A DNA stretch of 64,000 nucleotides, taken from contig DF237326.1 of assembly GCA_000708835.1 (NCBI GenBank), forward strand, positions 27,119-91,118, given 5' to 3'. The position numbers and the translations under genes were made by a program. The notes beneath the pieces were generated by a model that was given only the letters and a program-made list of their open reading frames with translations, ran no database searches and was not told where the DNA came from. Positions 22,887-39,532 of the stretch are shown in pieces. Source of the DNA: Klebsormidium nitens. Taxonomy: Eukaryota > Plantae > Klebsormidiophyceae. How positions within the stretch are numbered: position 1 is the first letter of the stretch; each line of letters opens with the position of its first letter.

Positions 22887-25800
22887 ATGGCCAAGCTGAG
22901 AGCCTGGGCAGGGAGCCTGATGCTGGGTAAGTCCCTGGACCCTCCACTCTTGTCAGTGTCGCCCAATGTGGCCGGACTCTAGATATTCCAAGGAAGAGCT
23001 GCCATGAAAACGCCACCAGATCAGCACTGCGCGTGTTTGGCAATAACTGCCTGTCCCCTCGACGCGTTTCAACTTGAGAGCAATCTTCCTCATTACAGGA
23101 GCAGAATGTCTTTCAGCCATCGTAGTACACCGTACATCCAAAGGCCAAGACTTCTTAGGTTCAGGACCGATTTGAAGCCCAATCCATTCGTCCTCCTTTT
23201 GCAAAGCCCGTATCTACAGACAATGCTGACACAAGCGCGTTCTTTGCATTGCACTGAAGGGCAGCTGGCATTGCCATCTAAGTAGCTCAACCCTGTAGAT
23301 CAGCTGGCTGCACAGGTGTATGATTATGTTACAAGAGCTAACATAACAATGCCCTGGGGCTGGTCCCTCTTGGATCTTGGCAGGCCCCCCGTGCCGCCAC
23401 CAGCTGACCTTCTCTCTGTCCCCTGTGTGTGCAGTGGCGGCCCTGCTGCTGCAGTCCCCCGCTGTCCTGGCGGTGCCCCTCTCGCAGCAGCTGCTGGGGG
23501 CCACCCAGCCTACCGCACGCCGCGTGCTGGCAGTCCCTGCTTCCACTGATGGTGAGCCACCAATCTAGGTCTGGAGTCTAAGGAGGACAGCTGTCAGATC
23601 TCAGAACACTCACGTCCTCGTAATCAACCATTCTCTAGATATTTTTCTAGATAGACCGGGTATTGCCACGTTCAAAGCCTTGTAAAAAGTAGGTCTCTGT
23701 AAGAGACTTCTTCTTCTTCACAACGGCTTGCATCCTACCTCCATGTGACATTTCTTAAGACAACTTTCTCTGTTCAAATGGAGTTCCATAAAGCTCGGAC
23801 TCTCAAACAGCATTTTCGATGATCAAGTTTCTGGCTGACACTTCCTTATCTCTTTCCATGGAAAGCCCGTCCTTTATTACACCTGTCACTGACGCTGCCT
23901 TGCTGCGGCTACCTCTCAGGCACTGCCCCCATTGGCATCCCTGCCCCTGCGTCTGGCTCGTGCACCAGCGGCATGTACCCCACCACGTGCACCATCCCCG
24001 GCACCGCCACGCCCTACTGCTGCCCGGCAGGCTACAGGTACCGCCGGCCCCCTCTCATATCCAATGCGGAGGGAACTCTGCCACACATCTATGCCTGCAA
24101 AAGCTATGACTTGGCCGCTGCCTGTCGTTGGCAAGGATGTCAAGATTAGTAGCCAAAGCTGACCTTAGGAGGAGTCTCATCCATCTCAAATGGCAGCTCC
24201 TGAGCCACAGTGACACATCCGCCCAGGCATGAGGACTGGATCTCCAACTGCTTTTGGCGAGCTTCTAACTCGCCTCCATGAATCCTCGTGCAGCTGCTAC
24301 CCGGGCAGTGGCTATGCCTGCTACAAGCAGAGCCCGGATGGGTCCTTCCCAGGGCAGCCAACCAACTTTGGGTGCGGCGACATCCTGGAAATCACCATCG
24401 ACCAGATCCAGGCCAAGTTCGCTGAGGGGACACTCACGTCGCGAGCCCTCGTGGAGTGCTACCTCAAGCGCATTGCTGACTACGACAACCCCACCACCTT
24501 CACTGGCCAGGTATGCGCGATGCTGCATTTTCTCCTGGAAGGAAAGACCCGGATAAGCCTTGTGACAAAAAGCAGTTGGTGGACCTTAAGTGATGCTTCC
24601 TGCCACAGACCTCGGACATGAAGTTTGGAAAGCTTTCTCCGTTAGCATTGTTCTTCTCTAAATCGCACTGGGGACAGTCTATCATTGACTTCTAAGTAAC
24701 GAACCTCTTTTCACTTGGTATTCGTCAACTCTTCCCAGAGGCTGCTCAGCTGGTCTAATCTTGACTCAAATTGGTTGCTTGCGTGTGGCAGGTGCCGTAT
24801 GCTGTGAACAGCGTGCTGGAGATCGACCCGGAGGTGCTGTCGCTGGCGGAGGAGAAGGACGTGGAGCGCGCGGCGTGCATGCCCAACTGCAGCCTGAGCA
24901 AGCTGCACGGCATCCCCATCGGGCTCAAGGACAACATCTGCTCCGACGGCCTCAACTGCACGGCCGGGTCGTGGAACCTGCTGGGCAGCCACCACGCGCA
25001 GGCGCCCATCGTGGACGGCCTCCTGGCCGCGGGCGGCATCATCATGGCCAAGCTCGGCCTCTCCGAGTGGGCCTTCTTCCGCTCCTCCAATGGCGTCTCC
25101 GGCTGGTCCGGCCGCGGCGGCCAGGTCTTCGTAAGTCACGCCACGTTGCAGCTCTGCCGTGCTCATGCGGCCGTTCCTTTTTCGTGAGTACTGCTTGAAG
25201 CAACGTTCGACTGAATATTCTAACCAAAGACGCACTTCTCTGCTTCTTCTGCGTCGTCCTTGGAGTTGGTCGCTGGTATTGCACCAATCTTGCTGGGCAG
25301 GCCACCGATTTGGCTTCCTCTGCGAAGGCCTTTGACCATGCCAACTGCTCACGTGGTCCCGCGCCTCTTGCTTCTGCTAGAGTCCGTACGTGCGTTACGC
25401 CCCGCTCAACATCAGCACCAACAGCGTTCCGTACACGCCGGACATCCCGAGTGCGGTGCCGCTGAACCAGAGCTTCACCAACATCAACAACCCCAACATC
25501 GTCTCCGGCTCCTCCGGCGGCTCCGCCGTGGCCGCCGCCACCAGCATGGTCAGCCGCGTCACACATCTATGTTGACGTGTCTTTGCCACAGGCCCTTGCG
25601 AAGGACGAGCGAGAAGAAAGTGCTGGATGTATGCTTTCGGGTCTGACCCCAAGGTTATACAAGCATGTTTTGTCCTAGTGTATAGCTTCAGTTCCGCTCA
25701 CACCTGTCCGCTCCGCGTGTCTCGTCGTCAGATCGCGGTGACGGTGGGCAGTGAGACGGGCGGCTCGGTGCTGTCCCCCGCGCGCGTGAACGGCGTGGTC

Positions 25801-28596
25801 GGCTTCCGGCCCACCATCGGGGTCATGAGCCGCAACGGCATCGTGCCGCTCTCCGTCACCCAGGACACCGCCGGGTGAGCGCCGCACCGCAACTCACTCA
25901 CCGCACCCTCTGCTTGTTGTCTTGAAGCCGGCATTCCGTTGCTGCTTTTCAAGCCCCCCATTAGTGACTGGGTGACCGAAGCTCAAGAGAGCCCGTGGTG
26001 CCATTCTCTGCTGCCCTGCCTGCTGTTTAGGCCTCGCCTGACGCCTTCGATCTTTGGTGCAGGCCCATGTGCCGCACCGTGGCGGACTGTCTGTACATGT
26101 TCGACGCGATGGCGTTCGACGACCCGGCGGAGCCGGTGCACTCGGGCTCCACGCCCTGGCTGCCGCCCTACACGCGCCCCGCAGACGGCTACCTGCCCTA
26201 CCTCAACTCCAACGGCCTGCAAGGTACGCTGCGGGGGTCTCTGGGAACTGCTGATTACGCTTCGTGCCACAGAGCTCGTGTCGTCGGAAAAGGAGCGCTC
26301 TCATGGAGAGTCGCCTCGGTATGTAGCAATAAAAGAGGCTCAGACTTGCGAGGGCCTCCTGATATCAAAGTGGACAGCTGGCGGCTTTCCCGTTGCTCGA
26401 AGTTTTGTTCTGGTAAGCACCACTCAGTGTCTCCGGTGCGTGTCTGGCAGGCAAGAAGATCGCCATCTACCCGCTTCCCGCCACCACAACGGGCCCCGCC
26501 GTGGCCGCATACCAACAGCTGCCCGACATGCTCAGGTCAGTCGTTCGTCACGCTCGAAAATCCAGGCTGGTAAACGCTCGAAACTTTCCAGGTTGGCAGA
26601 AGGTAGTGGGAGAACCTCACGTCCATATGCGTCGTCGTCGTCGTCTTGTTTCTAATTAGCATTCTGTGGGAGTGAAAGCTGCAGCAGATGCAGGTTTGCG
26701 CCTCTACTTTGCCACTGCTAGCTTCTTTGCGCACCTTCTTACCGCCGGTGCGTGGCGGCTGGCAGGTCCCGCGGCGCGACGGTGGACGTGCTGCCGTCCA
26801 ACTTCACGTTCCTCACGCTGGGCGGCTCCGTGCTCTCGGGCGACTTCAAGGTCGACATGAACAACTTCCTCTCGCGTAAGCCCCGCCGTTCGTTGCGCCA
26901 ACAGCCAACGACAGCGGCCTCACTTGACGAGATTCCTGGGATACGCAGATGGCAAACAGCAGTCTGAGACGGGAAAACACTACGATATTAGTTCGGGTCT
27001 TTTATTGGGCAGTATACGGATTGGCAAGTACATTTGACGCGACGTTGTGATCCAAGCCTTCACCTTTCGATGCTGTTTGCCCATCGCGTATCTAAGTAAA
27101 TGCCTCCGTTTGTCCAGATATGTACCTTAGCCCACATCCTTTCTCCAGTGGAACCGCCAAGAGAAGATGTTAGTTCGTCGAGTGTCCGGTTATGCCAGCT
27201 GCATCAAAGCGCTTAGTTCAAGTTCGCGCTTTGGCTCTCGCTAACCCTGTTTGCTTTGTGGTGCCACAGAGCTGACGTGGGAGCCGGGGTACACGCCGCT
27301 GAAGACGCTGGGCGACCTGATCGCGTACAACAAGGCCAACTACGAGCTGGAGTTCCAGGGCGGCCTCTGCTGCCGCGGCGACCCCGCGTACGCGCTCTAC
27401 TACCAGCAGAGCTGGGAGGCCAGCCAGCTCACCGGCGACAAGCGCGACCCCGCCTACGTCGGAGCCAAAATGGTGCGCGCGCGTGCCAACCAGCGGAGGG
27501 TCCATCGCTTGCTGTCCTAAATTGCTCATGCGCTGGCCGTACAGACAGTCTGGGCTATATTGACGGTCGAACGCCAGTGATGGCGCCCGTTTGCGCCGCC
27601 TGCGGAAAGTCAAGCGCCGGAAAGTTGTGCTCTGTCCTTCTCTCTGCCGCCTGATTCCAAGGCCGCCCCCTCTTCCTCCATGTTAGCATAGTCCTCGTTC
27701 CGCTCGTATGGCACTGGTATGAATTGGGGCCTCGTCTTGCTCCCCGCCTTCTCACCGCCCTTTGCTGCGTGTCCGCAGAACTCGTCGATGATCGCGGCCA
27801 GCATCAGCGACTGGTTCAAGTCCAACGGCTACGACGCGGTCGCCGCCAACGGCAACCTCATCGGCACCTGGGCGCGCGTCGGGTATGTGCCCAAGACGCG
27901 CCCCAAGAGCGCGCTCAACCTTCTGTCATATCCCCTCAATCTCGACGAATATCTGTCCGCTCACTACTGTGATATGACAGACCTAGTCTAATGATTAAAT
28001 GAGCCGTTTGAAAGTTTGCCAGAATGTGATTCAACATCGGCAACGTGGTTGCCTTCGCTGTGCTTTAAACAACGGAGAATGCGGGTCACCTTAGCGTCGA
28101 AATTTTCCAAAAGTTCTCTCCTTAAAGTCAGACGCGCCGCTTTTGTCGCTCCTTCCGTCCCTCCTACCGGACACCACTGTTTGACGGGCGTCCCTGTCGT
28201 GTGGTGGTGCAGCTTCCCGGGCATCTCGCTGCCGTGCCCGCTGGGCGTCAACGCGGTGGGCACCCCCCAGGTGAGGCTTTAACACACCCATCGTCGCACT
28301 CAACCACAGTGAAATGAGTCGTCTCGGTCGCGTCAAGGTTCTCTTCACGAACTTTGGCCCAGCGCGTTTGCTCGTCTTCTGCAAGCGCGGCACTTGTTTA
28401 GTGTGCCTCTCGGATGCGTGGCGAGGACAGCCCCCTATGACTGTGAGCGCGGCTGCTCCTCGGCGCGCAGGGGCTCAACTTCCACGGGTACCCGTACAAC
28501 GAGGGCGACATCTTCGCCATGGCGTACGACGTGGAGCAGAACCTGTGCCCCGGCGGGCGGCCCCAGCCCACCTACTGCGACGGCCAATCCTGCTGA
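22887..28596 (+). CDS. Secreted amidase-signature family enzyme (about 662 aa) with signal peptide and Cys-rich N-terminal module, 14 exons
   Basis: Exons: 22887-22926, 23435-23551, 23920-24037, 24294-24510, 24792-25130, 25381-25548, 25732-25874, 26063-26223, 26451-26535, 26766-26875, 27270-27472, 27779-27882, 28213-28270, 28471-28596; all in phase. Signal peptide MAKLRAWAGSLMLVAALLLQSPAVLA. Amidase motifs LHGIPIGLKDNI (Lys), KLGLSEWAFFRS, SGSSGGSA (cis-Ser), GSETGGSVLSPA (nucleophile Ser), GVVGFRPTIG, SVTQDTAGPMCRTV, GFPGISLP. Confidence 0.92.
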
Positions 28597-30509
28597 CGCG
28601 CGCCGCGCAGGCCACCACGGCACACGGGCGGAGCACAGGGATGAACACGCTGAGTGTTTGTGGCGTCTGCTTGGCCGCTCCATAACTTATGGCTCATATA
28701 GTTACCTATCTGCGTGTTGTGTAGTCCCCAGCTGGTTAAGTTATTAATTTTCTATGAAAAGATGCGTGTTTGCGGCGGGTACTGCAAGCCCTTGATGATG
28801 ACGTCGGTACGGGGTTGTGCCAATCGACTCAGAATCGGCGACGAGACTCCACCGAGATTCAGCGGCAGACTTTATGATGCTGCTTTAAATAGACTCTCGT
28901 GCATCTAGTACGGATGTTTTTGCTAGCCGGCAAATTTGGTTTAGCCAGTTTTGAAGCAAGTCGAAGTCTTTTACGAATGCTCGTAGCGGGCCGTGACAGT
29001 GCATTTTAGCATCGGACTCGTCTCCTCATTATGATTTGCGTTGAAGCTGCTTCAATCTACAAGATTTTTGTTACAAGAACAGCTTTGGTTATGCCCAACT
29101 CTCAAGGATTGTTTGATTAGCCGGCTGCCCAGGTTCGGCGATCTGCTCCCCAGTTGCTGCATATCCACCCAAGAGTCTCTTGTGAGGAGGCAGTCGAGAA
29201 GTTGGGCACGGCCGCTCGACGACGATCGGATCGATCAAGTCGGCTTAGTCGGTCCTGACGGGTGATCTTGGAATAAAAGAACATGTCACGTATGCGCAGC
29301 GTTGTAAAATATGTTGCCAGCTTTGGGTGGATCGGACTCCAGCTCCTCAACTCACGTTAACAACGGAGTCATACAAACTCAATCTCCTATCCAACCCAAC
29401 TTGCTCCGCTGTATCGTTTTGATTCGATTGATCAATCTCTGAGTTAATTGGCTACAAAAAAGCACTGGGCGGCTAGCAGGCTGACCTCACGATTATACTG
29501 TACGGCGGCTGCTTCTAAGTTGAGAAGCCGACGGCACGTCTTTATCTGGCTCTGTATCATGTTGCATGTGGCACGTACTCTATAATGAATCAAAAGAGAC
29601 CGTCGGAACGGTTGTCTTATATAATTAGCTCTAGTGGCAACTATACTATAAGTCACCTGTATCTGGAGCCGATCATGCAAATTTGAAACTTCGTGATAAT
29701 GCCATATATGCGGGCCTCGGTGATTCGTGTGGTCTTGGATCATTTGCGCACAATTAGTTTTTCAGTGCAACGCATGCGCATGGGCCGCGGACACTGACAA
29801 TTATATCTTAACTGCGTTCTGAATGTTTGATCGAGTGACTAATCGCATGCATGCACGTGACGCACTTAAGGAATAGATGTTACCAGATCGTCTCATGCGA
29901 CTCATTTCGAACTGTTTTGCTAGACCCTCGTCTTAGACGCTGGCCCCGCGCCACGGCCCGGCCAGTCACTGGTAGTTGGGCCCGTGCGAGCACCAACCCA
30001 TGCAGTATCTTACATGCGTCACTGTAAACGATCCATTGCTAAAAGTGGTTGTAGCGCACCAGGCTCGCCCAGGCCGCTGCCGGAATGATCAGGAAACTGA
30101 TTGCATTGAAGTCGAGAAGGACTTTTGAGTATCGGCCGCCGCGACATGTTACCTGAGCTGGATCAGAGCTTTCCGTCCGGGTTGACTTTGATCAGTGTCA
30201 CGTATAGCGGTATATAGTGGTATCCCTGACCACACAACAACTCAGATAAAGTGTAAGAGAGTACATGTAAAAGTCGGACAGTGCTCAGGTCGCGACAGAC
30301 GGTTGAGTCCACATGATGCAGAAAATTTCTGCCAATGTACCTTCAATCGCCGCCAACTCACCAAATCTTGGAAATGTGAATCTTTTGGTAATGTGAACAC
30401 GTGAATAGAAATTTGACCCCCGAGTCTTGTCGCGGAGGCAGGCAACGCGAGCAACGCAAGTTCCTGAGAGCTTATTCGAGTCAGGCCGCTACCAAGACTG
30501 GGCCGGCCG

Positions 30510-33406
30510 TCATAAGGAGGAGCTCAAAGGTTGGGACAGCGCTGTTGAAAAGGCCATCTCCGCGTCGGCCATGAGGCCTGTCCCGTGCAGGACGAGCCGG
30601 TCCGCATACACATCCACGCAGCCGTATGCGTCACTGCCGTGGGGGCACTCCAGGGCGGCCTCCAGCACCCGGTGGTGGATGCCAGCCCCGTCGCGCGCAT
30701 ATCCCCCTCGGTGCGCATGCCCCGCCAGCGTGGCCACGACGCAGCTGTGCGCGCGCAGCACGGCCAGCACGCGGTCGTAGTTCCAGAGCAGGCACGCGGG
30801 CGCGGTGCTGGCCGGCTCCAGCGGCAGGTGGCAGCACACGATGCACCGCTGGCCCGCCGCCTGCGCGCCGTCCAGCTCCGCCTCAAGCCACGCCAGCTGC
30901 GCGTCGCTGATGCCGCCGCCAAACATGACGAACCGCCTGTGCATGCACGGCCGAGTCAAGCAGCTGCAAATTGCTGGTGACTGCTCGGTGCTTGGTGGAA
31001 GCTCAACGAGTCGGGCAGGAGAGACAAGGGCAGGTGTCGGGACGAGTCCGCTGGCCGAGAGCAGCGAAGAGCAAGAGCCGGCCATGCCAGCCAGAAAATT
31101 GAAAGAGTCGACCGATTGCTCTTGTGCTGGTCGCTCATCTTGCAGCGGCTGACGGCTTCAGGACAGCGGACGTCCCTGTGTTCGATAGTTCGTTCTCAGA
31201 GCATCGAGGCGGACAATCTACACTTGACTCGAGCCGGCAATGTAAGTAAGAGAAATGCTCGACGACAAGCGACCACCTCACCTGGAGGGCCCTTCCAGCG
31301 TTTCGGGGCTGTTTTTGTTTTCGTTCGGGTTGTGCGTGGCCAAGATCGCCGTGGCGAGTGCCGTCTTGGGGTGCTCGGGGGGCCACCCCAGCATGCTGAC
31401 GTCATAGCCGTCGAGGACTATGAACCTGCGGACGTGCGGCGGAAGGAGTGAGCGATCGAAAGCACCCGCTTTCCTGCCCAGCAAGACTGGCACCAAGAAA
31501 GTGTGGGCAATAAACGGGAGGGATTGTAGTGACCAATTGCGTCCCGCATTAGTTGCTTACAAGAGTTTGATAGTGATTCTCCTTGGCTGTGCTTGCGAGT
31601 TACGCTGACTCCCCCATGCCCTGTTGAGACAAGTTTGAAGGTCGTGCGTTGGTCGGGCTTGGTGTAATGATTTGCCTGGCTAGGCCACGGTCAGCTGCTG
31701 GCATGCTGTCCGCAAAATGGGGACGGCTTTCCGACCGAAGATGGTCCACCATGACGGTCGACCTGAACTAAAACCGGTTCCATGTACTTTGGACCATGGT
31801 TTGCAGCACTGCGCCAACGTTCCCGGGATCGGATGTGCTCAACCAAGACAGCTTGGCCTGAATTGAACTTCGAGGTAATAGCAATGTCCTCTGACAGTCG
31901 AAGAAACGAGGTTGGTCCCATGGCCTGCCAGCTCTCTCGTGGGGCGTCCCGCCTTTACATTGAGAAGCCGAGGTATGGTCCCCTCAGAAAACGGCAGACC
32001 CAATCCTGCTTGGTGGTGGCTCACCGGAACCGGGGGTGGGGCTGGAAGGAGTAGTAGGAGCAGCCGTCTGCATCCCCAGGTATGTCGAGCAGCTGGTTCA
32101 GGCGCGCGCGCGGCAGGTTGTAAAGACAATGGTTTCCTGGACGCAACCAGCAGAGGTCAGCACAGCGAGGGCACCCCGAAAAGAAGCTCTCATGGTGCGA
32201 TGTCACCGAGCGTCCCTCCCTTTTTTCTATCGTCTGTTCCAAAAGACCGAGTCGTCAAGGCAGCCCGCACCAGAACGTACTTCGCTGCAGAACCATGTGG
32301 ACGCTGTCCAGTCCTCACCACATCATCCAGGCATAAGAATAAACATTCTGCACTGGCACTTCGGGTGTAGACTCGTGGGGATGGGGTGGGCAGTGCAGCG
32401 TGCAACTGACCTAGCATGTGGAAGGTGCGGCAGGGCAGGCGCTCGAACTGGGCCAGCACCGCCTGCACGGCCACCTCCGACTGCTCGCGCGGGCAGTAGC
32501 CATCCACAATGTCGCCAAAGTGCACCGCAAATGCCGGCGGGGGCTCCGACTGCAGCCACGAGTCGACCGCTCGCCGCAGCACTGCCAGACAGCCACGCAC
32601 AGCATTAGAAGGCAGCGCAAGGACGGGCTCCGGTGATCCCGCGCCGCTGGCATCACTTCGACCCGGCAAGGGGAACACAAGCAAGCCGAGGGAGCAGGCT
32701 GCAGCAGCGGGGCTTGGGGCTTGGGCCCACTACTATATGGTGGGGGCTGTGGATCACCTTGTAAGCTGTGGCGGTAGTAGCGCGGGGTGCCGCCGTAGGA
32801 GGCGCCGTCGGGAATGTCGGCGTGCTGCACGTCTGCACCAGGAGCACACCTCACACATCAGGGAGCAGCCCCAGAGTGGCGCTGGCCAGGGGTGACGGCC
32901 AGGCAGAGGGCACCAAGCGGCGAGCGGGGGTGGGCGGCACTTGCCAGCAACACAACACGACACATGCTCTGTGACAGTTTAGCAGATGTCGCAGATCTAC
33001 AGCGAAGCAGGATGAGCCTTGTAATGCCTAGCAACATCTTCGGCAGACTACTAACCTAGGAAAGCAGACGTATCAGAACCAAGGTAAGTGAGATCCTAGG
33101 AAGTGTTCAACCCCTTCACCAGTTCAACGGCACCTTAATGGAGTATCATCACTGGCTGTTCAATGGACGACGTAATGACCTACCTGTGATGACCCCGAAG
33201 CGGAACAGTGGCGCCTGTCCCTGCCCGGGTTGGGGGCTCTGGCCCGAGGTGCTTCGATCCGCCTCCACTGCCTCTTCTCCCTCAAACTCGGAAGCCCTTC
33301 CCACCAGACCCTGCATGGCAACGCCAGCTCCGTTTCCAGAAGAAGCTGCCAGCACTGTGCAGCTCGGAGAGGCCTCTTCCAACAGCGGCACCTCGTTTTG
33401 GCTCAT
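30510..33406 (-). CDS. ADPRM: Manganese-dependent ADP-ribose/CDP-alcohol diphosphatase (calcineurin-like metallophosphoesterase), 6 exons
   Basis: Exons: 33406-33184, 32832-32758, 32581-32411, 32136-32025, 31425-31282, 30936-30510. Metal motifs FGVITDVQHAD, HFGDIVDG, MLGNHCLYN, CHLP, AGHAHRGGY; also RYYRHSL, LLWNYD and HHRVLEAALECP. The frame is open further upstream, so the exact start Met is uncertain. Confidence 0.92.
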
Positions 33407-34497
33407 GCTTCTCAAACGTTGAGAAACCCGCACGCCCTTTTCAAAAACTCTTGCCAAATTGATGAGGCTTAACCGATGAATCCCAGTTACCCTGTCCGCC
33501 AGATCGCCCACACGTTGCTTTCGCCGCCCGAGCTTGAAATAAGGTTGGGAACAATGCTGCAACCGAGGGGTGGCAAACTTGCAGCTTGCTTGGCTTGTGA
33601 TGTGATCATGGAGTGACACCCGTCCTGACGTCGTACAAGGCATCTTCTGCCCCGTCGCTAGGCCTCCTCATTCTAGCATGCCGTTGTTTGCCAGTGGAAG
33701 TGGAACATTGGACAGCTCGTCCTGCACAAAGTACGTACGTAGACTTAGTGGCACGACCTTTTCACACCGTTCCGTTTTGAACGATTATATTCTCACTTGT
33801 TTTCATTTCACACAAACCTCTAAACCTCTTAACCCTTGGTTAAGACCCTTGTTATTTGTCAAACAAAGCGTTTAAACCACGCAGATCTTTGATCCAATAA
33901 TTTGGCAATATATAAAAAACAAAGGCCAAAAATAATGATTTTTGTGGTGAAAAGGTCGTGCCACTACGGTAGTCGGGATGATCTGCTTTGAAGCCTTGAG
34001 CAGCATCAATTGTCAAGCATTTGCACCAGACGGCGACCTTTAAAACCGTGTATGTTAACGGCAGACGTCGGGAGTCAGCTCGGTGGACAATTCGAGGGCG
34101 TTTGGTTGCCGTCCCCAATAAGAAACGTTATTGAAGATCAAGAGAACGGCCCCTGTGGTCGCCGGTCGATCTCGCTGGTCGCCGTTCACGTTGGTGAGGT
34201 GTTCACGTTCATGACTCCGAGTCATGAGCTGGTGTTCCGGCACATTGGCCGCCTTTGACATTGTGGCCCTGGCATTCAAACTGAGTGCTGCCCACTGTTT
34301 CTGCTGTTTCTTTTATTGCTTCAAACGAAGCTTCTCGACCTGCAAACGCTGCGTTCCGAAATGTCGTTGCCAACTTCCCTTTCAAGCAGACTCCAGACCA
34401 TTTCAGACTGACGCTCCTGTGCCTCATTCTGATCACCCCAAGCTCCCCACAGACACGCGCTGGCATCTTGCTCAGCAGTCAGACCGTCGACCCCAAG
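33407..34497. promoter_or_regulatory. Head-to-head promoter interval between ADPRM and TrpRS
   Basis: About 1.1 kb between divergent starts, with an AT-rich core at about 33770-33950. Inferred from geometry. Confidence 0.45.
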
Positions 34498-38035
<3,538 letters not shown>

Positions 38036-39532
38036 GAGTTTTTGGGGGAAGTTGCCGCGTTTTCGAGAACCCGTCCAAATCGATAGTGATGGTTGAAGAT
38101 TATGGAAAGCACTGTCAGTCTCATAAATTGAATCTTTCAAAAGCGTTGATCATCGGATCAAGACACTCCGACCTTTGAATGTATCCATGATCGTACCGCC
38201 TTTCAATGCATGGAGTCAAGCATGTATGGTATGGCCGGTATGTTATGTACAATCATGCGGTTTTTTAGTATGGTATATCTAAAAGAATTACACATTTGGG
38301 TCCTACATTGGGTATACTACCGTACTGCTATTTGATTTCGGCACCTTCGACGCCGAAAAACTAATTATGAAACTTTCTGTCCTTTGGTAAGTTACCTGCT
38401 AAATTAAGTAACCATAATTAGTATCGAACCAATATCGCCTGAAAACATTTTCTGAAAATCTCGGCATGGGCCGCAAAGAAGTATTTAAATTTATTGCCGG
38501 AAATAAATATAGCAGTGCGGTAATAGGTTGCATCATCATTATCATGTATGTAGTCTGCATATATATCGGAGTTCTGTTTGATCGGATATATATATGTAGG
38601 CTAGCTCTTCCTCTCTTATATCGAATCTGCAACAGGAAGACGACCGGCCACGTTATAGGAAGCCTAGGCTTGAGCTAGGGCTATATAGTTGAAACCTTAC
38701 AATCTAGTTGTTGCAATTACAACCCAGCTTAGCGCGCTCGCTATGGTAGATTGCTTACGAGACGCCGGTAGTTGAGGAAGACATAGTGATAACCCCCGGC
38801 CCGCACACACATTCATATATTATGTATGCAATGAGAAGCCTATGGCCCAGGTGGCCGCTACGGCGAGTAAAAGAGAACATCATGTGCATCAACCGCTGGC
38901 AGAACGGTGCAAGTACATAGCGGCTTAGAATTGTAACAGCCATGTCGACCCACACGTGAGGCCCATGGTTAAATGCCACTTGTGGGACCGCCCGGCCGGG
39001 CCGGGCGGCCACTGTCTCTTGTACCAATGTGTACGGCGCGGGCCATGGGCTTAATTGCAATCAAGAGCTCGATCGGGCTCAATTGGGCGGCCGGCCGGCC
39101 GGCCCCACCCTACTAGAGTCGGAATATAGCTACATACTTCGTCAGATGGTTAAGCTTCTCGTTTGTTAACGCCTTCAGCCGCAGAATAGCTAGGCTAGAG
39201 CCATGGAGCAGTGACAGTCTCTGGAAGACCCGGGACAATCTATTGATTCTGACTCCGACTCGGTTCAGGCGCTTCACCTGTCGAATTTCTTCACATTATT
39301 GTACATATAAAGCTCGACTCCGATGACCTTTTTGATTCTCTACAAATTAACTGGAGCAACGGAACCCAGTGTCCGTTCCTCAAATTGGAACGGGACAAAT
39401 CTCTTTTAAACGCCATGTAAAGTACAAACTGATACAAGCAACTTGCTCGCTGACCACATACATCACGTCAAAGGACTGCTTCAAGATGATTGCGTGCTGT
39501 TAATCCGTATGAGGATGTGGCCCGCCTTCTCC

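Noticed and set aside
24711-25566. Long antisense ORFs opposite amidase exons (similar ones occur opposite ADPRM, ABC1K3 and TrpRS)
   Set aside because: Expected shadow frames of GC3-rich coding sequence, with no independent evidence.
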